The translations under genes and the position numbers were made by a program. From assembly GCF_037042905.1 (NCBI RefSeq), contig NC_087245.1, forward strand, positions 36,830,001 to 36,894,000: 64,000 bases of DNA, written 5' to 3'. Under the pieces are notes generated by a model, which saw only the letters and a list, made by a program, of their open reading frames with translations, was not told the DNA's origin and made no database searches. This document shows, piece after piece, positions 26,803-40,151 of the stretch. The stretch's first letter is position 1; each line of letters starts with the position of its first letter. The DNA comes from Lytechinus pictus (lineage: Eukaryota).

Positions 26803-27284
26803 GGTGGTTTCAAACCGCCTCGATCATAAGAATCCCCGTTAAATTACAAGAACTTTTCAGGCTTAAAAAAAAAAAAAAATATTATTCTGCATTCACACCG
26901 CTCTGAAACATACCCTTCAGGATAAGTTCCTGAAGTTACGAGCATGCACAGGCAGCACAGTACTTATGGTCTGATAAGCAAGCAAGGCGCAAGATTCAAA
27001 ATCACTAGCTCAGCAGTTACCCACGGCGCCCGCGCCCAACTAAGGGCCAACTAGACACTGGGCTAAAAGTTGCGGTAAATTGCTTTCACATTGCCAAAAT
27101 ACCTGCGACCTTGGAAAAATCCCTGCGAAAGTTCTCGTAATTTTGACAAGTACCTACTATTTAGTGGGTATTTTCGTAATTTGCTTTCACATTGCCAATA
27201 TTACCTGGTATTTTCTGATCGGGGTAAATTTCCTGATCAGAAAATACCTGGAACTGACGAACTTCGAGGCGGTCTGAAACCACC
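26803..27284 (+). mobile_element. MITE (GGTGGTTTCAAACCGCC TIR)
   Basis: TIRs flanked by TA; second copy at 55490-55965. Confidence 0.85.
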
Positions 27285-28842
27285 TATTGTTAATAAAGGA
27301 TGATTGCGTCTGGACTAAAATATCACTCATTCAGTTTTTAAGTGTCAATTAATAACATTAAGTTCCAGTGTTGTAGCTAGACCTTTTTTTATTACCTTGC
27401 AAAGTGTTAATGGCGAAGCATAACAAGCGAAGCATATTGATTGAAGTAGGACATACATGTATAAAAAGATACAGGTAGCTTGATCGGATGAGTCCTGATT
27501 AGCCAGATAGGTAACAAAAGCATAGAAAAGGCATCAAAGAAAACAAAAGTGGTTTTGACCTGGCCATCATCTTGTTTGAAGTTCAGATTTGAGCATTGGA
27601 AATATTTGCCTCCCTTTATTCAGTGTGTATTTACCCATTGTCAATGGTGTCTTTTGTTGTATGTAGTAGAAGGCTTACCGGTATTTGCTTTAGTATGGCC
27701 ACACCAACAGAAGCGATTCCAGTGGGGCGTTTCATGAAAGGACTTGTCAGACATTACATGTATATGCGACAGGTCCCATTTTATCAGACAGTTTCACAGT
27801 TACCATAGGAAATTTGCTTCTAATCGAAATCAAGGAAAGTTATGAGATCTGACAACTTGTCTGATATCAAATATTGATGAAATTACTCCCCAGACTGACC
27901 AAATCCATTAAATTATTTCAGTCAGTTTGGAGGTTTCATTTGTGTGGCTGTATTGTGTAAGTGAAAAAAAATACAATAAGCATATTGATAAATACATTCT
28001 CTTACACATTTCTAACTTAACTCCAAAATTTATATCTCTAGAATGCTTATGTTTCTGCTTCTGTTTATGGTAACTCCTGTAGGAACTCGGCAGGACAGCG
28101 TTTTGCTGATAAACGTCAAGCTGGTACATAACCAAATTACCTAGGAAACATTTTACGTCTAGGTTAATCAGTCACAGTGGCTGACCTTATAGACGACAGA
28201 TATTACTCTGGGGCCTTTTTATCAAAGTGGAGACAATTAATGGCAGAGTGGGGATTCGAACTCACAACCTTGCGATTATGAGTCTAATGCTCTAACCACT
28301 GGACCACATTACTTATGGTAGTGCCACAAGACACTAAATTATGAACATTGAACTTGCCTTTGAATGTAAACAAAGACTTATATATAGCCCATGGCTATTG
28401 ATCTTTTGGCTTGTCTGGATGTTTATGATATGAATTATTAATTCCTACGTACCAGTCTGCCTCCAAGCTGTAATGTCGTAATATTAAAGAATGTACAACT
28501 AGATGAACTCACTATGCACCAGCTGGGTCTTCGATCGATATGGCATACTTATTTTAACCACCTGTGCGCCCTAGAGCAAAATCAAACATCTGATTATTGA
28601 TTAAACATACAACCTACTTGATATTGACTATAACCAGGGAGTTGGGAGTCCTGGGCCCGTATTTAGTTACGATTGATCCAATCAACCTCAAGTATATGGA
28701 TTTCAACAATGTCTTTGCACAATATCGTTTGAAAACAACGAGAAGCATACTGGATTGTCAAGAAAACACTGAATGTTTGAATATTATACATCATATCTAG
28801 AAAATATTTTGAACAAACATGTAATGTTGATGTTGCTGGCTT

Positions 28843-29060
28843 TCTCCTTCTTCTTCTCCTTCTCCTCCCCCTCCTCCTCCTCTCCCCTCCTCCTCCTCTC
28901 CCCTCCTCCTCCTCCTTCTCCCCCTCCTCCCCTTCCTCCCCTCCTCCTCCTCCTCCTCCTTCTCCTCCTCCCCTTCCCCCCCTCCTCCTCCCCCTCCTCC
29001 TCCTTCCCCTTCTCCCTCCTTCTCCTCCTCTACCTCCTCCTCCCCCACCACCACCACTAT
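28843..29060 (+). repeat. Imperfect (CCT)n polypyrimidine microsatellite
   Basis: Directly visible low-complexity tract. Confidence 0.9.
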
Positions 29061-29083
29061 TACTACCATGTTGCACAACTATA

Positions 29084-29725
29084 CACGGTGTACCTAAAAA
29101 AAGGTAACCAAAGTTCAAAGGTCAGCTATATAAAAAATACATATTTTGTTCTTGTGATTTCTATTCTACATGAGTGAGTAACTCATCAACATTAATTTGA
29201 CATTGCATTGCTCTTCTAACCATTGCAAGACTATTCCTATTCTACATGAGTGAGTAACTCATCAATAATTCTTTGACATTGCATTGCTCTTCTAAACATT
29301 GCGAGACTATGACGAAGAACATCTGCCTTATGCTAAACATGTGCCTGCAAGTCACCAAGAGTGTGCTGAACCAAAATTGCAGCTAGACACCAGTTATGTA
29401 ATATTTACTCGCAAAACAAAATATCAGAATTGTAAAATTTCACTGAAATTTGCAGGGAAAATCTCTGATGAAACCAAAACTCACAACAAAGCGGGTTTCT
29501 TGAATTGTACACTAAAACCCAAAACTTGGAAAAAGTAGGTTTTGTACCCTTCACCTTGGATGGACCATAACTCTGCGACCCATGACAATTGTTATGTAAT
29601 CAAGGTGTCAAATTAGAGTTGATTAGTTACTGAAGGATTTAGAATAGGAATAACAAGAATGAATTATGTATTCTTGATATAGCTGTCCTTTGAACTTTGG
29701 TTACCTTTTTTTTAGAAACACCCTG
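29084..29725. mobile_element. Tc1/mariner-like MITE
   Basis: TA|CACGGTGTACCTAAAAAAAGGTAACCAAAGTTCAAAG ... CTTTGAACTTTGGTTACCTTTTTTTTAGAAACACCCTG|TA; internal ~78-bp tandem duplication. Confidence 0.8.
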
Positions 29726-29839
29726 TATTTTGGTATGATGACACAATGAACACCAATATATTTGTAGATCGTCCTCATCTTCCTTTCTGTATCATCTCAC
29801 TTGTAACCAAAGTTATTAATCTTTACTTTATATGTACAG

Positions 29840-29884
29840 CATTCTGATATATTACACCATGAGGAGGATAGAAATACAGATATA
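29840..29884 (+). CDS. CASD1: CASD1 exon 4
   Basis: tacag|..ATA|GTAAG; 45 nt, HSDILHHEEDRNTDI, phase 0 at both ends. Confidence 0.8.
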
Positions 29885-30527
29885 GTAAGTACATGTACCT
29901 TGTCTCCATACAAATTCAAAAAGTTTATTCCAATAACTCATCTTTTCTCGGTAATATATTCCACTTGCAAATGTATTGTTTATATTTCTTTGTGCTTCAT
30001 AGATGCCAACTGTCACACTAGCTAAATTAAAAAAGAGCAAATAGTACTGTTAAAACAGATTAGTGTATTTTTTTCATCGTCAGGTTAGTTGATTTGACAT
30101 ATAATTTGAAAATAGATCATCAAAATGATAAATAATATAAAATGATATAAACAATATAAATCTACCTAAATACCCTTTTACTTAGTGTGTGCTTGCTTTA
30201 TATGCATGGCAGATTAATTTCATTTTTCCAAATTGAAATTCATTAATCTTAATGCTAACCATATTCATTATATTACATTATTCACAAAAATCCAAATTCT
30301 GTTTATCCAGAAATATTTAATATTCGATGAGCAATTTTCAAACTAGCAAATGTCTTGTTAACCCCACCCCTCCCCCTCTCTCTATCACAGCACCTTTATC
30401 ATGACTTCATTGATTCTTTTTTTAATTTGACCTTCAGTATTTTTTTTGCTTTGGTTTTTATTGAGTTTCACTCTGGTTTGATTACTAGTTAAAATATGAA
30501 TATCCTTTTTTCATTGAATTTCTGCAG

Positions 30528-30590
30528 GAATTTTGGTGGCAGCCGGAGCTTAATGATTCTACCATAGAAGTCTATAGGAAGAGAATATTG
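30528..30590 (+). CDS. CASD1: CASD1 exon 5
   Basis: ctgcag|..TTG|GTGAG; EFWWQPELNDSTIEVYRKRIL. Confidence 0.9.
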
Positions 30591-31778
30591 GTGAGAGTTT
30601 GCTTTGAAAAACCATGTTTTTTAAAGTTTTTTTATACTATATTTACAAGTACGGTAATCAATTCCAGTGTACAAATAAAATCATGTGTATGTATATAAAC
30701 CCTTGCACATGGGATCTACTGTGTCTTGTCCAGTGATTTGAATTTGAAATTAAAATACTGTATCACAGATATCCCAGACTCTCACGCAGCACAGGTAAGG
30801 ATAATGACCTCCTGAGTGATCCATAGTATTATACAAATAAATGTTTGGAATACGCCCCTCCCCCGTGAATGGGAATTTATGGTGTTGGACCCCAAAGAAG
30901 CAAAGAAAGGCCCCTTTGAAGAAAAAAAAATATATGTACCTGTTGTACATGTATGCTTGAAACCTCAGGTATCACTCATGTATTTGCTATAAGCAGAAAT
31001 TTTACCACTATTGATACATGTATACATGTGTTACAAGGGTTTTCTTGCCATTTCAGGATTTGAAATGAAATATAATATTATTATATCATTATTATTATAA
31101 TGTTTGCCTTCATACATCTTGTATACTGGGCTGATATGAACACATTCATGCAAGGTTTGCTAAACTTCGCTTAATAGTGAACAGTTGTGAACCAAAAATT
31201 TATGAAGTGACAGTGGACTGAAATACTGGAAATATGAACTTTGAACCTCCAGATATTTGTGAAACCATAGTTTAAAAGCAATTTTGGCTTTGTGCTTACC
31301 ATGATTTTAGTCTGAGCTAGACACAGTCTTCTTAAATTTTGTGGTAACTTAAAATAGAAAAAAACAATATTAACTTTAATGAATTTGCATAAAGTGTTAA
31401 TATAAAACATGTACAATGCAGTGACTGCACCTTTGAGAGAGAGCAATTGAAGGCTGATCTTTTACCACTATTGCAACACAATGTGTTGTATCTCATTGAT
31501 TTTGTGTTATACCGGTAAATGGCTGTAATCTTAAGATATTCATGTACCTCTCAAAAACATATGAATGTTTCTACACAAATCTATTTTTTATTTATCCTCT
31601 GTTTTACTAATATTTATCTGAAAGGTATATTGCTCTTAAAATATACATACACAGTTGGTAATTTCAAGTATATTGTTAGTGTTGGTGTTGGCCTAATGTA
31701 GCTCCAAAATCAAGTTAGGGATATCAAACAAACATGGTACCAATCATGTTACTGTTCTAGTGATTATGTGAATCTTAG

Positions 31779-32125
31779 CACCAAACTGGTAAGGCTGGTG
31801 CTTTGTCTAGTTCAGTGTAGTGCTACTCAAGAGCACCCTAAAGGAGCACTACACTGAACCAGACACAGCCTTACCAGTTTTGTGCGGTGTCTAATTCAGT
31901 GTAGAGCTACTCGAGAGTGGTCTAAAGGAGCACTTCACTAAACAAGACACCTTACCAGCCTCACCAGTTTGGTGTGGTGTCTGGTTCAGTGTAGTGCTAC
32001 TCGAGAGTTGCCTAAAGGAGCACACTACACTGAAGCAGACACAGCACCAGCCTTACCAGTTTGATGCTGTGTCAGGTGCAATTTAGTGCTATTCAAGAGC
32101 GGCCTAAAGGAACATTACACTGAAC
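31779..32125. repeat. Tandem array of four stem-loop units (~83-92 bp)
   Basis: Unit consensus TGTCTGGTTCAGTGTAGTGCT-(~20 nt)-AGCACTACACTGAACCAGACA, repeated four times. Confidence 0.85.
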
Positions 32126-32396
32126 AATTCATTCAATTACTATTATGTGACCTCGGCTTTCTATACACAAGTCATTAGCAGGGATTTTAAGCTGCATATA
32201 TTCATACCACTTTCCTCAAGTGAAGAGTTTGCCCAACAAACTCGGGAGAAGGTATGGTAATAGTTTTGTTTTTGAAATGTTTATTTTCATCTAGAAGTGC
32301 ATGTACCCTGCTTTGAACAAACAAATAGAAAAGAAAAGTTAAAACAATTTTGCATCCATATGTTTAATAAGTGTTTTATGTATCTTTTGGATACAG

Positions 32397-32493
32397 GCTG
32401 AAGAGAAAAAGCCTACACTTGTTGTTCATGGACTAGGAACATGGACCATCAAACTTAACCAAGGATCTCCGTCAGCTCTACAACAGTTCCAAA
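32397..32493 (+). CDS. CASD1: CASD1 exon 6
   Basis: atacag|..A|GTAAG; AEEKKPTLVVHGLGTWTIKLNQGSPSALQQFQ. Confidence 0.9.
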
Positions 32494-33898
32494 GTAAGTC
32501 CAAAGATAGACCTGCTCAAAGCTCTCTGATCACATTGGTCATGGTGGACACTGGGGCTCCATCACACAAGGCATAGCAATTGATTGTAGAAATTTTTTTA
32601 TGATTGACTGTATTGACTACAATGTATAATTAATCGTAAAAATTAATGGTACGATAAATTGCTAACCTTTGTGTTACAGGCCCTGGGGCTACATGACATA
32701 AGGCGTAGCGATTGATCGTAGAGCAATTTTTTTTATGAATGATTTTATTGGCCACATTGTACGTGTACACTCCATCTGGAAAATCAGTCGCTAATAAAGC
32801 TTTCAGGAAACCAGTTTGGAAGATCGCTTTGCTAGCGTTCCCATCTGATCAGCCGAAAATGGTTTTCAAAACTACTTCACATAAAATGGTCTTGTTGCCT
32901 TGGGTATGCTCTCAGTGGAGTGACATGTTTGAAATCGCAGCGTAGACATTCTACACGCAGTGTGTGTAGTAGTGCGCTCAAAATGTTCCTCAAGAACGGT
33001 TATGTCCTCGCGCTAAAACCAGTTAAACGAGGCAAAGCGATCTTGAAAACTACATTGCAAGGTGGTTTTCCAATCTGGTTTGGAAGATCGCTTTGACCGT
33101 TATCATTACATGTTAAACTAATTTCCACTTAACTAGTTTTAGGACAGTAATGAGAAAGGGGTCTCAGATGTACTCAGACTGTTTATTTTTAATGATAAAG
33201 CCCAGAGTCTGAATTTCAACATATCAAAACAAAGGCTTAGCTTCAAAGTGACTTTTATATGTTAAACATGAATTTGAACAATATGCTAAATCTTGCAATA
33301 GAAGAGTAAAATCTAATTGACTCTATGTTTGTGTATGTTTCGAATGTTTTATTCGTGGTTTGCCTTGTATTAGGTTCTGGTTTTACTTAATCATGCCCAG
33401 ATTTAATCTATTTGTCAATTGCATGTATTATCAGATTTTATGAGTTTGAAATAATGTGCTCCATGAAATGTTATGGAAGTTAATTGTCCTAGAGCTCTTG
33501 AAAATATAAGTCTTTTGGGTCAATATTTAAGGTGTGAAATCACAAAAGGAGAGAAAAAACAAAAATGCCAAATTGAGAGATGACATCCATGGGGAGTGTT
33601 TCTTGAAGAGTTATGTCAGTTAAATGAACAGATCATATTGTAAGCTACTGGTAATTCTTGATTGGGTAAGAGCTAATAAGTCATTAAAAACCACTGGCAA
33701 AACTCTTTGTGAAACGCTCTCATGTTTGGCAGAACAAAAAGATCTTAAAATCTATCAATATCATGCCTATCCTTTGACATCAGTAGGATATTGAAATAAT
33801 GTGGATATTGAAATGAAGAGGATATATGTAACACGCTTATATAGTGATTTTAAGTGTTAGAATAAAAATGGATTGTATTTCCCCTTGTTTTCTAACAG

Positions 33899-33970
33899 CA
33901 AACCTGACAAATTTTGCTCCAGTCCTTGCCCAAACAGCCCAACAAACAGAAGTCATATGGATGTTACAAG
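33899..33970 (+). CDS. CASD1: CASD1 exon 7
   Basis: taacag|..G|GTTTG; NLTNFAPVLAQTAQQTEVIWMLQ. Confidence 0.9.
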
Positions 33971-34856
33971 GTTTGTCATTATTTCATATAGAATACTAGA
34001 AATGTATTTAGCTACCAGAGCTTTTCGAATAGATGTAATCTTATGATTTTTTCATAAAATAAGATCCCTATCTATTTATCAATTTATTAATATATATTTG
34101 TTTAATTGTTGGCAGTACTTATTTGAGTATGAAACCATTAATTAATTGTGATTAGTAAAAGTAAAAACAAATGCTGCAGTTATGAATTTTGGCTAGAAAG
34201 AGAATTTGCATTGAATTTGTACATGAAATCATGTTTTTTAGTAATTTTAGGTCTTTCGGACATGCTCGTTCAAGATGTTGTGTAACCTTGGGAACCGCAT
34301 TTACGGCATTGCAAATCTGGTCTCGAAAGTTGTGTAACTATAGATCCCCATTTCATTATCATTTTGATTTATACACAGTAGAAATGATTCCATATTTATG
34401 TTACGATTTTTTTTAAATTGAGAATGCAAAATTGAATTGAATGTGATCATATCATTGACGAAGGCTGCAGTGGATAGGTGAAAACAGTTCACAAAATCGA
34501 ATTGAATTTAATTGAGAAAAACTCCTTTATGAATATTGGCTGGTACAATATATACCCATCTATTGTTGCTGAAAGTGAAATCCATTTCTGAATCCTGGGG
34601 AGTATTTCAAGTTTGCTCTGAGCCAATCAGATGCAAGGATTTCAGTAGCTTATAACAAACAGGGTGTGAAATCACCATTTGTCTAAAGTGATCTCCTGTG
34701 GAGTGTGTCATGAAAGAAATTGTCACTGATTTTCCTCTGTCAGCTGTTATGAGCTACTAAAATCCTTGCACTTGATTGGCCGAGAGCAAATTAGTGGGTG
34801 AAAATCACTGACAAAGCGTTTCATGAAATGCTCCCCTTTTTTCTTGTATCTTATAG

Positions 34857-34947
34857 CACCTGTTCAAGAGGAACTACTAACCCCCGCAAGGAGCATGATT
34901 ACAAACGAGCGATTACAACAATACAATGATGCTGCAGAGAAATATCT
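34857..34947 (+). CDS. CASD1: CASD1 exon 8
   Basis: ttatag|..CT|GTAAG; PVQEELLTPARSMITNERLQQYNDAAEKY. Confidence 0.92.
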
Positions 34948-35082
34948 GTAAGATTGCTATCAAATATATTAAGGGGCCATTTTCAGAGAGAGTTATAATC
35001 AAACACATCCTAAAAAAAATCAAACACAACTTGATTTTCAATCAATCATTAGTGCAGATTTTGATACATACTTTGTCATTAA

Positions 35083-35663
35083 AGGGGAACAAAACCTTTG
35101 AAACAAGTAAACTTGTGTCAAAACAGAAAAATAAAAGAATAAGAACAAAGAAAATTTGAGAAAAATCGGACAAATAATGAGAAAGTTATGAGCATTTGAA
35201 TATTGCAATCACTAATGCTATGGAGATCCTCCCATTGGCAATGCGACAAGGATGTGTGATGTCACATGTAAACAACTTTCCCTTTGATGGATTATAAAAT
35301 ACCCTCAAAATGTCTCTTTTTGCTTTTTATTATGGTGATACAAACTCTTTATCCATGATGTATTCTTTAAAAATCTGTATTACATGCCCTCCTATAGAAA
35401 GAACACATGATCTACTGATAGATGTGATAAAAGAGGCAATTTAAGTGAAATATATACTAAAGTAATGGGGAGAGTTGTTCACAAGTGACATACATCTTTG
35501 TCGCATTGCCAATTTGAGGATCTCCAAAGCATTAGTGATCGCAAAATTCAAATGCTCATAACTTTCTCATTATTTGTCTGATTTTTCTCAAACTTTCGTT
35601 GATCTGTTTCTTTGATTTTTTTGTTTTCACACAAGGTATCTTGTTCCAAATGTTTCATTCTCC
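35083..35663. mobile_element. Kolobok-like MITE
   Basis: TTAA flanks and long imperfect inverted arms; same family as 52070-52653. Confidence 0.8.
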
Positions 35664-36387
35664 TTAAATAAAAAAAAATTGGAATTATTTAGTGCAATTC
35701 TTTCTAGGAATGGCACTTGTACAAGTTACTTAATATTTTTTTCTTTAAAATTTTAAAAGAATATTGGACCAATCACTCTTTTATTTTATAATTTTGATTG
35801 TATGTTTAAAATTCTATGTTAGTGCTTTACACGTTAAAAAATTGATTTAATCCCAAATTTCACCTTTGTTATACAATTCTTATTCTGATATTAAAGGGAA
35901 CTTAAAGTTTAGTTGTTAATAATTATATTTTAACCATGGAACCATTCTATAATCTTGGAATGTTTCATTAATATTGATTTTTCTTTTGCAGTGGACTAAT
36001 TTGTGAAAAGAATTTGAAAGCTCACATTATTTCCTCCTTTCCTACACGTTTTGCTCATCTTCAAATCAAATCATTAATTTTCCACAACAGTATGAAAAGT
36101 AATTTCAAATATATACAAAATATGATATTAGAGAAAAAAAGAATATTAACACAGATGAAAACATAATGCAAAAATGTATAATGTTGTCGGTGAGCCAAAA
36201 CAAGACCCCAACATCTTTAAAACTCTGACATCTAACATAAAATCAACAATTAATTATCAACATAGACATTTCTTAATAAGTTAAGTAAATAGGCACTTAT
36301 TTAGAAGGAAAAAAAGAGCAGTTATATGTATCTATAATGTTTACTGATGATTACTCAAAGTGATTGGTTGATGTACATTTACTAAGT

Positions 36388-36730
36388 GGAAGCGCCATGG
36401 TGTAGTGGTTCTGACTCTCGCCTTGTAATCAGAGGGTCGTGTGTCCCAATCCCACCATGGCCTAGCGTCCTTTGGCAAGGCATAACACTCTCAACCAGGT
36501 GCTAATTGTATATTGGTAGGAAACAGCTGTCATTGTGGTTGGTTTAGCAAGTGTGCACCTAACAGGCTGCTAAGAAAGCTATGAGTCCAGTGGCCGGGTA
36601 ATTATAAATGTGAAGCGCTTTTAGCAGTCGTAGATTGGTATGTTGTATAAAGCCAATTATTATTATTATTATTATTGTTATTATTATTTTATTATTATTG
36701 TTTATTATAATTATTTTATCATTATCATTA
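36388..36730 (+). mobile_element. tRNA-derived SINE (diverged) with (ATT)n tail
   Basis: GGAAGCGCCATGGTGTAGTGGTT head similar to 61072; ATT-repeat tail. Confidence 0.8.
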
Positions 36731-36759
36731 TTGTTGTGTCTGTTGAATATCTTCCACAG

Positions 36760-36865
36760 GAGTAATACAGGTGTGGTATTTTGGAGGACCGCCGTCTTAA
36801 CATCATCAGAATCCTATGAGAATACAATGGATGGACTACATGTATCAAATGAAGCCATTCAAACA
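36760..36865 (+). CDS. CASD1: CASD1 exon 9 (DxxH catalytic motif)
   Basis: ccacag|..ACA|GTAAG; SNTGVVFWRTAVLTSSESYENTMDGLHVSNEAIQT. Confidence 0.92.
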
Positions 36866-37891
36866 GTAAGGAGTTTCTTATTTTCACCATTAAAGATGAA
36901 TGATGATTGTGGTAACAATGACTTTGTATAGAATCAGATAAAATTGCTACCCAAGTGTCTGTTTGCATGAATAGAAAATATGGGCCAAAGGACTCTGAAA
37001 GATATTGTGTAATTGCTGAGAAATTAGCCAAATGAGCTTGGTTTTCAAACCAAATGTCGGGTGTTTTTCCAAGCAATGATGGTAATACACTGTCCCACAT
37101 GTTCTTATCTGTGTTTGGCGATCTACAGTGTGATTTGTTTCAGCTCATATTTCATAGTATCACAAAGTTTAGTTGAAATGTAACTGTACCAGATTCCACG
37201 ATGATATAGTAACAATCAACCTTGGTTTGACAGACTTTCTCGTGAAATCAGTGTTACTGCAACTACTTTCATTTATTAGGGAAATTCACCCTTTTTCTCG
37301 TTCCTGGTTTTCCCCAATTCACAGAATCAGACAGGATGTTTTCTCTCATCCTAGATATAGATCCGGTACAGATTTACATAAACTTGTGAAATCTTGAAAT
37401 CAAAGCTGAAAAAACAATTACATTGGAGATCACCAACACAGATAAGCACATGTGGGACAGTGTATTATTATTGCTCAGAAAAAGGGAAAAATACCCAATG
37501 TTTGGCCAGAGTGCCATGCTCACTTTCCTATTTCTCTCAGTAATTACGCAATTTTATCCAGAATCCTACTGCACATATTGTTAATTTTTACACTACTGAC
37601 AATTAACTAGCATGTTTCAATTTTATGACGTTAAGGTGTAGGCAGCTCTCCCATTTATTAAGTGATGTGAATTCCAGAAAATGCAATTTTCTCTTTTTCT
37701 CTGAAAATGACTTTACCCTTACATTCAATATATCAGACATGTCATTCTATACATGCTCCTTTGTGGAATTTTTGTCCCAGTCATCGTGACCGAATGAAAA
37801 ATAGCAATTCCAAGGGAATTATAATTACATGTGAATGTAAATTATACATGCATATTTACCCGTTAAACTGGGATCCTTTCATTGCGTACAT

Positions 37892-38197
37892 CACTGCCGG
37901 ATCCAGGGGGGGCGTCAAAGCCGGCCCATGCCCCCCCCCCTTTTGAGAGGCACAATTAAAATTTGAAATGTAAAAATGCTGTTAAATCAGAAGTGTGCCC
38001 CCCCCCCCCCCTTTGAAAGTGAAGACCTTTTTTTTTTGCTTGTCAAATATTTTCATCAACAAAATTCCCTTCATGTAATTTTGGGTTAGAAACCTTTTAA
38101 AAAAAATTATTATCTTATTATTTTATTTTTGCTTGTCAAATTTTTCCCCGGAAAAATGTGCCCCCCTCCTATTTGGAAAATCCTGGATCCGCCCCTG
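37892..38197. mobile_element. hAT-like MITE
   Basis: CACTGCCGGATCCAGG ... CCTGGATCCGCCCCTG; flanks GCGTACAT / GCCTACAT (8 bp, one mismatch). Confidence 0.75.
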
Positions 38198-38902
38198 GCC
38201 TACATGTATTTTGAAAAAAATAGTTAACATTGGAATCAGTTCTATTGAGTCACATTACTGAGACTGTTTGAATTACCTAAAACCCACAAAAGGAACATTC
38301 AAACTATCACAATATTGAAAGTATATATTTCAATGGCCTTATCTGGGCTATATTAATGAGTATATCCAGCAATCTTCAAATTGGCAAGAATCCTGCCTTG
38401 GATATAAAAAAAAATATTGGGCGATGTGGAGATAGAATTTGTAAAGAGTTGAGGTATAAGCCTGTAGAAAACTTGATTTTGCCATCAGTTGCTCTTGGTC
38501 GAGTAGTCTAAGGCATCGGGTTGAAGCCTTACACTGTATTCTCATAACAACACAGGTTCAAACCCCATTTGATGGCTAATGTTAACGATATTGTCTATTT
38601 TTAGTTATGAATTCATTTTAGGGATAAATGTGATTTTAAGGCACCCATAGTTTTTTGTGACACAGCTTGCAATGTCAAAATATAAAATATTTTTTTATAT
38701 ATTTCTCTTCTACCCCAGCTTCTTTCTTGCCATATTCTTTATTATTCTTTATTATTGTTTTAGAACGCAGGGCGATTCTTAATTTTGACAATAAAAAAAA
38801 AAAAAACTTTATTAAGTATTCACTTGGTCTGGCTGATTTAATCGTGACTTAGAATGATAACGAATTTGGCCCGTATCTGTTTTGTTTTCTGCGTCTTCTT
38901 AG

Positions 38903-39030
38903 GATGTTCAAATTCTGTTCAACCGTCTTTGTAATGCAGTAGTAAAACCGTCAGATGCTAACTGTTGTTCGAAACCACCTTCTGGCATGACATGGATACA
39001 GAAAGGAACGTTTGGATTCTTTGTAGCAAA
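38903..39030 (+). CDS. CASD1: CASD1 exon 10
   Basis: cttag|..AA|GTAAG; DVQILFNRLCNAVVKPSDANCCSKPPSGMTWIQKGTFGFFVA. Confidence 0.92.
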
Positions 39031-39623
39031 GTAAGTCCCTCCTTCTAAAATTCTTTTAAATTTATAACTTTTTATTTATTGTGACCTACTTTGTATTAAT
39101 TGTATAACTCCCCTTTTCACTAAAGGGGTAGTCCAGGCGGAAAATACTGTGATTTCAATTGATGAAATAAAACCAGACAAATGAAATACTGAAAAGTAAT
39201 TTGTATATTTATTTAGTTTCTCTGCTTTTACTATAAGCAATTTTACATCAGGGTGAGTGTTCCTTTAGTACATGGACATAATATGTCTCCCTGTGTATCC
39301 TCTTGTGATCCTACGAGAGAGGAAAAATACAGAAAAAAATTTAAGTGTGAAAGATGAAAGTCCATTGTTTATTATTCCTTGTAAGAAGAAAGTAAATTTG
39401 GACATGTCTATTTTGTATGATAAACATGAATTTCGGGAAAGTGTCTGGTGTCCATAGTTCTTAAATTTAAAAATCCTGTGGTTGACTCACCCCACCCCCC
39501 ACCCCCCCCCCCCCCCGGCCATTTTAGGGATAAATGTCAATTTAAGGCACCCATAGTTCTTTGTGACACAGCTTGCAATATCAAAATATCAAATATTTTC
39601 AATATATTTCTCTTCTACCCCAG

Positions 39624-39902
39624 CTTCTTTCTTGCCGTATTCTTCAAAATCCAGTCCAATCGCCGACAGGGGCTGACTAAATCCCCTACTCACAATCATG
39701 TTGATACCGAAGCGGCCAATCACATCAGTTCTAATGATGCAACAGCCAATCACGTCGCAACCAATAATGTAACAGCCAATCAGATTTCTCCTGCTCCTTC
39801 GAACACCAAGGAGAAACCACATTGGATTGATACTGCTTATGATTGCACCAGCTGCCTGGCTAGATATGGTTTGGTCATGCTGTATGTCTACTTGTGTGAT
39901 AG
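39624..39902 (+). CDS. CASD1: CASD1 exon 11
   Basis: ccccag|..AG|GTAAG; FFLAVFFKIQ...CLARYGLVMLYVYLCDR. Confidence 0.9.
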
Positions 39903-40151
39903 GTAAGTCTATTTCCATATTGCATTGTCATCCGTAGTACAATAAAGCTGTATACCTTTGTGTTGAATCACAATTATTTTGACTTAAATTGGGATTTTGA
40001 AGAAACAAAATAAAATTATGACAATAACTATTTTATCATTCATGGCAGAGAATGTTTGTTATTAGTATCAGTGAATGTTATATTTTTCTTACCATGAATA
40101 TTAGTGTTTGTGATAAAACACATTATTTTTGTTGTTTGGTTTACATGTAGG

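Noticed and set aside
28663..29177. Gly/Glu/Pro-rich ORFs
   Set aside because: CCT microsatellite
31779..32125. Possible CRISPR-like repeat-spacer array
   Set aside because: Loops and linkers are homologous to each other rather than unique spacers; eukaryotic intron; no cas genes. CASD1 'CAS1 domain' is unrelated to CRISPR Cas1
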